Assembly: GCA_013214975.1 (NCBI GenBank)
Contig: JABSPR010000020.1
Span: 1,300 to 65,299 of the forward strand
DNA: 64,000 bases
Origin: Flavobacteriales bacterium
GTDB lineage: Bacteria > Bacteroidota > Bacteroidia > DT-38
Reading direction: 5' to 3'
Below, in pieces: positions 57,374 through 64,000 of this stretch. The notes beneath the pieces were generated by a model. It was not told the DNA's origin. It saw only the letters and a program-made list of their open reading frames with translations, and ran no database searches. Made by a program: the position numbers and the translations under genes. Positions within the stretch are counted from its first letter, which is position 1. Each line of letters opens with the position of its first letter.

Positions 57374-57392
57374 ATAGTTATTCTTAATTCAG

Positions 57393-57590
57393 ATGATAAA
57401 AATATTTCAGTTTCTTGTAAGCGAGCTTTTAGGAAATGCTATTCTCTTACTGGCTGGACTGGTAATATTTTGGAGTGTTAAAAGAGAATACGGTGCTTAT
57501 CGTTGGAATCCAAAAGGCTTTATTATTTCCTATGCTTTAACTTTTGTAGGTGTGGTTTTGCTTCTATTTAATCTTTTTGTGAAAAAATAG
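57393..57590 (+). CDS. hypothetical small membrane protein (2 TM, 65 aa)
   Basis: Two hydrophobic helices. Starts 20 nt after the PorP/SprF gene stop. No homology recognised. Confidence 0.3.
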   Translation: MIKIFQFLVSELLGNAILLLAGLVIFWSVKREYGAYRWNPKGFIISYALTFVGVVLLLFNLFVKK

Positions 57591-57674
57591 AAAACCGCAA
57601 TAAGTAGCATTTTATCACACTTAGGTGTCTTTTAATGCCAAAAATAGATGTTAAGGTGATGCAATTGTGCATTT

Positions 57675-58613
57675 TTAGAAATAAAGAAGTCGGCCTTTCA
57701 AGCCATCCACCCTATTGTATTCGAGCGTTGGAAATGGAACTTTAATAAGGTTAACCACTTGAAATATTTTCTTGAGCCATTTTTTGTTTGTCGGTATTTT
57801 TGTGAAATCGACATCTAAGGAAATTAGAAACTGACGGTGTCTTTCTAAAGTTATGTAGTCTCCTTCATGATAAAGTACCGGGTTATAGAATTCGTAGATC
57901 ATACCATTTGCGCTATAGCCCAATGCCACATTTAGCCAAGACGGTATCTTTTTACTTTTAGTAATCTTACTCACGTTTGCCGACAACCAATAGGAGTGTG
58001 CATTATAATCGTAGAAGAACCTTTCTACTTGTGTTGTGCCTAAATAAGAAGAGTATTCAGGATAGATGCTTGGGGAATATGAGAATTTCATAAGTACAAT
58101 TTGATCGTCCCATAAAGCTTCTTGAACTGTAAATAATAAGGAGCCAAAAGTATTTGCTGCCATGTCGTACCATGAGAATCCCCAGTCTTCGTACATACCA
58201 TCAAATATTTCTATAGGAGTTTGGAATAACAAACCGACGGGCCCACCAATAAGGAGTGCTTTCTTCTTACTCAGACCAGTTCTGCGTAACGCATTATATG
58301 CCAGATAGCTTTCCCTATATGCACTATATCCATGTCCCCATTTATCTATTTGTAAATAACCTTTCGAATCGTTGTAAAAGTGAAACGGTACTCGTTCATG
58401 ATCGGTATACCAGATGTATCTTAGAAATGAAAGTCCAGCTGCATACGACACTACCTCGGTTCCAATTGTTCTATATAGTTTTTTCTTGTTTAGGCTATCT
58501 GGGTATGTCTCTGATATGCGTTGCGCATCACAATTAATTATAGCTAGTAGCAGAGAAAGACAAAGAATAATAATTCTCATGAAATCAATGTGATTCTTAT
58601 TTAAAATATTCAC
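57675..58613 (-). CDS. conserved hypothetical exported protein (possibly DUF2279-like)
   Basis: Signal peptide, aromatic-rich with no catalytic motif. The family assignment is from memory only. Confidence 0.35.
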   Translation of the reverse strand: MNILNKNHIDFMRIIILCLSLLLAIINCDAQRISETYPDSLNKKKLYRTIGTEVVSYAAGLSFLRYIWYTDHERVPFHFYNDSKGYLQIDKWGHGYSAYRESYLAYNALRRTGLSKKKALLIGGPVGLLFQTPIEIFDGMYEDWGFSWYDMAANTFGSLLFTVQEALWDDQIVLMKFSYSPSIYPEYSSYLGTTQVERFFYDYNAHSYWLSANVSKITKSKKIPSWLNVALGYSANGMIYEFYNPVLYHEGDYITLERHRQFLISLDVDFTKIPTNKKWLKKIFQVVNLIKVPFPTLEYNRVDGLKGRLLYF

Positions 58614-58648
58614 CCTCGTAACAAGGCGTTTTATTATTGGGTTGGTTT

Positions 58649-59509
58649 TTAACTAAAACCTGTTCTTCTCATTGTTCCGGCATATTGAAAATATTTTCCC
58701 CCCTTAGTAGTTATATTATAGTCATGATCATAATGAAGCGGGTTCTGGTTTAATAGAACGCATAGTTGTTTAAATATACTCGGTAACTCATATTTAAATT
58801 CCTTTGGCGATTCAAAGAAATGTTCAATGCAGACAGGGAAAAATTCATGTTTAGTTGCCGCCCCATACTTTCGTAAAATGGAATCTCCATTAGCTTTAAG
58901 TATTTGATACTCTTTAGATGATACTGTGAAAAAATCTTTGATATTCTCCTTCATTTCATCACTCGCAAATTGATTGGTAAACTGACTCATAAAGGCGTGT
59001 GACATTTCATGCACCCCAAGGTTAATGTTGTCGTCTTCAACCTCGAAACCTTCTTTAATATGTTTCCATGAAAAAAAAATTGAAGTTTTGGCTGCGGTGG
59101 CACCTCTCATTTTACCTTTGTTAAAAGGAAGATTGAAAATACTTGGGTACACATGGATGTAGTCATATTGGAAAAAGTGATAATCATCCAATCCATAAGA
59201 GATCTGAATTGCAGCAGAGGATATTACAATTTTTACTAATTCATCAATTTTTAGACCTTCCTTACCGATGAATTTCTTTTGCTTAATGAATACTAAGAGT
59301 CGGTTTAGGAATTTAGCCTTTCCTTTAAGTGAAAGTTTATTATAGTAGGTGTTGTATTGGCTTAATTGCTTGTCTAATTGCTTGTATTTACCTCGGCTAA
59401 TATCATTCCCGTACAATATTCTATTGTAATAAAACTCCATGGTCGGAGATTTTAAGAAAAAGATCAATAGAACAGAAAAAAAGAATCCGAAGAATAAAAC
59501 TCCTGCCAT
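58649..59509 (-). CDS. membrane-anchored zinc metallopeptidase, MtfA/M90-like (HExxH)
   Basis: N-terminal TM helix, an HEMSH zinc-binding motif (GVHEMSHAF) and a downstream EHFFESPKEF resembling the MtfA family. Confidence 0.5.
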   Translation of the reverse strand: MAGVLFFGFFFSVLLIFFLKSPTMEFYYNRILYGNDISRGKYKQLDKQLSQYNTYYNKLSLKGKAKFLNRLLVFIKQKKFIGKEGLKIDELVKIVISSAAIQISYGLDDYHFFQYDYIHVYPSIFNLPFNKGKMRGATAAKTSIFFSWKHIKEGFEVEDDNINLGVHEMSHAFMSQFTNQFASDEMKENIKDFFTVSSKEYQILKANGDSILRKYGAATKHEFFPVCIEHFFESPKEFKYELPSIFKQLCVLLNQNPLHYDHDYNITTKGGKYFQYAGTMRRTGFS

Positions 59510-59705
59510 TATTTAAACGTAATTAAACTATTTCGATTCTCTAGTTTCCCTTAAATAACTGCAGCACTTTCTGAGTTTCATTTCTAGGTGTAACTAATTT
59601 GATATTTTAATACTTCTTAATTTGATGATTTGCTAATGTAGTAAAATGAAGTATCTGATAATGAGAGGATATTATAACTTTTTCGATATGAATTTTATAA
59701 GTTAC

Positions 59706-60263
59706 TTATCTCTCATTAACATTTTCACCCAATTGGTAAAGCAAAATCACGTCAATCATAAAATGTGCAGCTATGGCAGATATCAATCCATAAGATTGAT
59801 ATAAATAACCGATTCCCGCAATTACGAAACAGGTATATATTCCATAAACGCAGAGTGGTTTGTTTTTAGGATTGAGGTATCCGTGAATCGCAATAAAAAT
59901 AATTGACGTTAGCCATATTCCTAATAGAGGTTGAACCTCTGCTCTAAATAGAATTTCTTCACCAAAGCCAGCGCAAAAGGAGATGAAAAGTATTTCGGGG
60001 ATAGAGAGGTTAAATTGTTGGATGAGGTTGGAGAAGAAAGTACGAACATCATTCAAGTAATTAATTTGAATTATCTGCCAAGCTACTATCGAGGTCACTA
60101 GTCCGTATGACAAGCCAATCCCAAGCTCTAAAAACCAAGGTGAATCGGAATTGAAAATAGAGGTGATATCTTTTTCTTGAAAGAAATAGAGCAGTGGCCA
60201 GCCTAAAAGAGGAAACACAATAAGGGTAACGATGCCAAGTAAAAAGAATGATTTACGCGTCAT
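59706..60263 (-). CDS. CPBP family intramembrane metalloprotease (CAAX protease / Abi-like)
   Basis: Motif 1 EE..FR (GFGEEILFRAEV), motif 2 (FIAIHGY) and motif 3 (AAHFMIDV). Confidence 0.7.
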   Translation of the reverse strand: MTRKSFFLLGIVTLIVFPLLGWPLLYFFQEKDITSIFNSDSPWFLELGIGLSYGLVTSIVAWQIIQINYLNDVRTFFSNLIQQFNLSIPEILFISFCAGFGEEILFRAEVQPLLGIWLTSIIFIAIHGYLNPKNKPLCVYGIYTCFVIAGIGYLYQSYGLISAIAAHFMIDVILLYQLGENVNER

Positions 60264-61134
60264 CTTGTTCGACTATCTTAGTTTTAATTGGTCTTTTGTA
60301 AATGCTATTCATAACAATGCCGCCAACAACAAGTGCCATTCCAAATAGAACCATAGGACTTAAAGCCTCATCGAATATATAGTATCCGAATATTATTGGG
60401 TAAACAATTCCGAAGTTGCTAACGGGTACAATTTTTGAAACTTCTTCCAGTTGGTAAGCTCTAGTCATAAATACTTGCCCACCGTGTGCTGCTAATGCAA
60501 GTAGAACGAGATACATTAGATCAGATAAGTTTAGTGGCATCCAATCAAAAAGAGCAATGGTACCAACTACCGGAATAGAGGCTAAAGGGAAATAAAATAC
60601 AATGACATCTGGGTGCTCCGAGTCTTTGAGCTTTCTAATTATATTATAAACAAAACCTCCAGCTAAGGCCGAACAAATACCAGTAAGTAGCATGATAAAA
60701 CTAATTTCATGATCGAATCCTTTAATGAGAACAATGCCTATAAATGCGATTAGAAAGAATAGCCATTGTATTGGTGCCACTTTTTCTTTTACAAAGAATA
60801 TTGCGATGATTACCGCAAAAATGGGAGAGAGGTGATACAAGGTGGAGGCTGTTGCTAAAGAAACTTCTTTAATTGTAATAAAGAATAAAATGAGAGCAGT
60901 GGCACCGATTAAACCTCTTGCAATTAAAAGAATCTTGTTGTTACCCCATGGATTTACGCCTTGTGCCTTAAGAGTTATTCCGCTGAATATTAGAGCGAAT
61001 ACCATGCGCATAAAAACGATTTGAAAAACAGGAATATGTGGAATGCTTTTTACAAAAACGCCCATTAGCCCAAAAGAGAGGCTTGCTATTAATATGTAAA
61101 ACATTCCTCTAGTCATGGAAATTAATTTTCGCAA
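60253..61134 (-). CDS. EamA/DMT-superfamily transporter
   Basis: Ten predicted TM helices and an internal duplication typical of EamA. Overlaps the downstream CPBP gene by 11 nt. Confidence 0.75.
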   Translation of the reverse strand: MRKLISMTRGMFYILIASLSFGLMGVFVKSIPHIPVFQIVFMRMVFALIFSGITLKAQGVNPWGNNKILLIARGLIGATALILFFITIKEVSLATASTLYHLSPIFAVIIAIFFVKEKVAPIQWLFFLIAFIGIVLIKGFDHEISFIMLLTGICSALAGGFVYNIIRKLKDSEHPDVIVFYFPLASIPVVGTIALFDWMPLNLSDLMYLVLLALAAHGGQVFMTRAYQLEEVSKIVPVSNFGIVYPIIFGYYIFDEALSPMVLFGMALVVGGIVMNSIYKRPIKTKIVEQDDA

Positions 61135-61173
61135 AGATAGCGAACTTGAGAAGGCTGGAAGGGGATAAGAGTC

Positions 61174-63258
61174 TTAGTTTTTAGTTGGCATTTCTACATC
61201 CGACCACAGCTCTTCTTCTGTGAGGGTGTCAACAACTCGGAATTCACTACGCCGATTTAGTTTACGTCCTTCTGGGTTGTCTGTACCATCGGCGTTTGTG
61301 TTTAGTGCGATAGGGTTAGATTCCCCATAGCCTTGTGCCGTAATTCGGTCTTTGTTTATTCCTTTATTTGTGAGGTGTTTTACCACGCTTTCCGCTCGTT
61401 GTTGAGAGATTTTTATGTTTAATTCATTCGACCCCTTACTATCTGTATGAGACATAACTTCTAATACTAACTGAGGGTTTTCTTTCAGCATAACAAGCAA
61501 ACCACTATTTATACTCTGCTTAACCGCTTCCGATAGATTTGTCTTTCCAAATTCAAAGTGTATGCTCTCTAATGCAATAGGGTCTTTTGGAATTACCTTC
61601 ATGATTATTTCTGCAAGCACCGTATCCGATTTGAGTAATTCCAAAGTGGAAATTTCAGTAAACGAGTTGAAGTATCCATCTTTCTTTGCCTCTAGAATAT
61701 ATTTTTGTTTTGGTTTTAGATAGAGCGTAAATGATCCATTTATGATTTTAGTTTTTTCTAGTAAACTCTTCTCTCCGTTTTCATCTACTATGTATAAGTC
61801 AAGTTCACTATCCCCATCTACTAATTGCCCTATTCCATCTCCTTCATTTAGTAGTTTTCCAAGAATCACACGATCAACAAATTTCAATGCGGTTATTTCG
61901 TAGAGATCGTCGCAGCATGTCTCGTTATAGAGGGATTGACCACCTTTTCTGTTCGAAACGATATATCCATTCCTATCGTTAGGATTAAGTATGAAATCCA
62001 AGTCGTCTGCCCTGGAGTTGGCGGGGATACCAATGTTAGTAGCAGGTACCCATCTGCTTTTTTCACCAACTGTAGAAAAAACATCCAAACCACCAAAGTT
62101 TGGACGACCGTTAGAACTGAAATATAATGTTCGCGTGTCTTCGTCGAAATATGGTGTCATTTCTGTTCCTCCCGTATTGATTTTACTACCTGCGTTTTTG
62201 GGGTTTCGATAGTGTTTTTTCTTGGGGTGATACTCGGTATACCAAATATCTGTTCGGCCCTTTCCTCCCGGACGGTCGGAGACGAAATAGATTAACTCAT
62301 GCCCCTTTTTCGAATCTCTTGCAACGGTAGGATGGGAGGTGGAAAATCCTTTTAGATTTATTTGATCGTTAAATGCAATAGGCGTGGACCAACCTGTATC
62401 TGTAATAGAAGTGTAATATAGTTTGCAGATATTTTTAAACTGTCGGTTCTCATTACATTGCGTGAAATAGAATTTGGTACTGTCGAACGAGAATGTTCCA
62501 TTGGCAACTTCTGTGGAGTCGGAGTTGAAAGGGCCTTCCCATTCCCCATCAAATACCCATCTGTTTTCCTCGTTTTTATGAGCCTTGTATAATTTCCTCG
62601 TAGGGAGGTTTATTGTATCCAGTTGGTCTTTATTGTAATATTTCGGACTGTCTTCTTTCAAAGAACCATATACCAATATTCGATTAGATAAAGGTATTGG
62701 CGAAAAATCGATGTGTGGGTTATTGATCGTTGGAGGAAGATGCCTGATGTCGTATTTTATAGAAGTATCGGGGAAGTTTAAAGCCATTTCACAACCTAGC
62801 AGCTCGGCTTTTCCTAGCTTTTTTAGGGATAGGTCTTTTGCTAGTTTGGCCAGCTTTTTAAATTTAAATAATGTTACTTGGGCTTCTTCGTATTTTCCGT
62901 TTGATTTTTGCATTGTGCCTAAATAAAATACGGTTTCCGGATGCTTCTCCAATACTTTGTCTTTTACCAATAAGTATTCCTGTTCTGCTCTAATGTAGTT
63001 CTTTGTGTGTCTGTATAATTCGGCTAATTCAAAATGATACTTTGATTCGGCAGGCTTTAATTCTACGAGTTTTTCGTAGTATGCTAAGGCAATGAGTATA
63101 CTTCCTTCTCTCTTGGCTTGATTGGCCAGTTTAACCAAACGTGAAGATTTTTCTTCTAAGACTTTAAAATTATCGGTTTGACCGTATCCGTTTAAAATGG
63201 ATAAGATTAATAATGTGGATATAATTATTACTCTAGCTATCATTAGAATCGGGTACAC
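61174..63258 (-). CDS. OmpA-family protein with TPR, PD40-like repeats and C-terminal OmpA domain (paralog of 17944..19956)
   Basis: Signal peptide, TPR helices, PD40-like repeats and an OmpA domain (LEVMSHTDSKGSNELNIKISQQRAESVVKHL...GYGES). Sits immediately downstream of a PorP/SprF gene with a 16-nt overlap. Confidence 0.7.
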   Translation of the reverse strand: MYPILMIARVIIISTLLILSILNGYGQTDNFKVLEEKSSRLVKLANQAKREGSILIALAYYEKLVELKPAESKYHFELAELYRHTKNYIRAEQEYLLVKDKVLEKHPETVFYLGTMQKSNGKYEEAQVTLFKFKKLAKLAKDLSLKKLGKAELLGCEMALNFPDTSIKYDIRHLPPTINNPHIDFSPIPLSNRILVYGSLKEDSPKYYNKDQLDTINLPTRKLYKAHKNEENRWVFDGEWEGPFNSDSTEVANGTFSFDSTKFYFTQCNENRQFKNICKLYYTSITDTGWSTPIAFNDQINLKGFSTSHPTVARDSKKGHELIYFVSDRPGGKGRTDIWYTEYHPKKKHYRNPKNAGSKINTGGTEMTPYFDEDTRTLYFSSNGRPNFGGLDVFSTVGEKSRWVPATNIGIPANSRADDLDFILNPNDRNGYIVSNRKGGQSLYNETCCDDLYEITALKFVDRVILGKLLNEGDGIGQLVDGDSELDLYIVDENGEKSLLEKTKIINGSFTLYLKPKQKYILEAKKDGYFNSFTEISTLELLKSDTVLAEIIMKVIPKDPIALESIHFEFGKTNLSEAVKQSINSGLLVMLKENPQLVLEVMSHTDSKGSNELNIKISQQRAESVVKHLTNKGINKDRITAQGYGESNPIALNTNADGTDNPEGRKLNRRSEFRVVDTLTEEELWSDVEMPTKN

Positions 63259-64000
63259 GGTAAAACAACAATTTCATTTTTCGTGCTCGGTGAAGTAAAG
63301 ATTAAAGAAAATTCTATCGCTCCTTTTCTAGAGTCTACACCACTTAAGTCGGAAATATTGTAGTCGTAACTTAATCCGAAATCGAAATTTCCATAAGTAA
63401 CACCAAAAACAGGTACGAAAGAATCAAGGTTTCTACTTACACCATGTCTGTAGTATAAACCTGTATACACCCAAGGTATAAATTGAAGTAATGATCGGAA
63501 CATTACATTACCTCCAAGGATTATTTCATTGGCTCCAGCTGTCCATGCAACCAGTATTTTTGGTTCAAGTCGTAGGGTAGACGTTATGTCGTATTGAACA
63601 AAAGTATGTAGTACCTTTTTTGTTCTGAGTTTTTCAGTGAAAGATTGGAAATGCGTGTCTTTTGGTCGGTTAAAATGATTCAAAGCAAACCCGCTTTCTA
63701 TATTAAATCGGTTGTATTCTCTCTTCCAGACGAGTCCAGTATTCATATCGAAATAAGAAGATGAATTGTTTAGTCCTGTTTCATTATTAGGTAGTCCTGT
63801 ATCAAAAGCATCAGGATAATAAACCCATTGATTAGGAAACGTAAAATCATCGAAACTTGCTTTCCTGAAAACGGGGCCGAATTGGAGGCCAAGACGAAAT
63901 ATATTTCCTCTGAACTCTGTGGAGTACGAGCTTGAGAATAATATTTTATTTCCTGAGATGTTTAAATCTGCGTATTTGTCTTGCGTTACTATAAAACCTA
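63243..64000 (-). CDS. type IX secretion system membrane protein PorP/SprF family (5'-partial, runs off window end)
   Basis: The C-terminal beta-barrel portion is similar in pattern to 56435..57373. The reading frame remains open to the window end. Confidence 0.65.
   Translation of the reverse strand, partial: GFIVTQDKYADLNISGNKILFSSSYSTEFRGNIFRLGLQFGPVFRKASFDDFTFPNQWVYYPDAFDTGLPNNETGLNNSSSYFDMNTGLVWKREYNRFNIESGFALNHFNRPKDTHFQSFTEKLRTKKVLHTFVQYDITSTLRLEPKILVAWTAGANEIILGGNVMFRSLLQFIPWVYTGLYYRHGVSRNLDSFVPVFGVTYGNFDFGLSYDYNISDLSGVDSRKGAIEFSLIFTSPSTKNEIVVLPCTRF

Overview
This window reads as a low-GC (roughly 36-38%) Bacteroidota chromosomal segment, most likely Flavobacteriia or Sphingobacteriia-like, and it is dominated by core housekeeping genes. 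Lineage evidence: the conserved block rpsU - xerC-like recombinase - tRNA(Thr-Tyr-Gly-Thr) - tuf - tRNA-Trp - secE - nusG - rplK - rplA - rplJ - rplL - rpoB - rpoC - DUF3467; a fused SecDF; type III glutamine synthetase; DUF2851; PorP/SprF type IX secretion (T9SS) membrane proteins; a T9SS type-B C-terminal domain; and TTTG / TAnnTTTG promoter boxes. Other recognisable genes: gyrB, an Lrp/AsnC regulator, an ECF sigma factor with a membrane partner, mdh, tatA, a CaCA antiporter, purM, prfA, pyrF, a K+ channel-like gene flanked by two PspC-domain miniproteins, an RmlD-like reductase, an alanine:cation symporter, a ComEA-like HhH protein, acyl-CoA dehydrogenase, cystathionine beta-synthase-like, LolE-like permease, DUF1343, two DUF1573 paralogs, valS, a GT2 glycosyltransferase, two OmpA/TPR/PD40 proteins, and a peptidase / CPBP protease / EamA cluster. 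I found no CRISPR array, rRNA, transposon or obvious phage or defence island. The features that most merit follow-up are: (1) an ECF sigma factor whose membrane-anchored partner carries PKD domains and a T9SS type-B C-terminal sorting domain; (2) a K+ channel-like gene with a non-canonical SVGFN filter, bracketed by two translationally coupled PspC-domain miniproteins, one of them missing from the ORF track; (3) an outer-membrane protein gene split by a single in-frame TAA; (4) an ~820-bp poorly coding region with a GC-rich hairpin upstream of acyl-CoA dehydrogenase. All coordinates that I derived by hand (tRNAs, terminators, promoter boxes) should be treated as accurate to about +/-2 nt.
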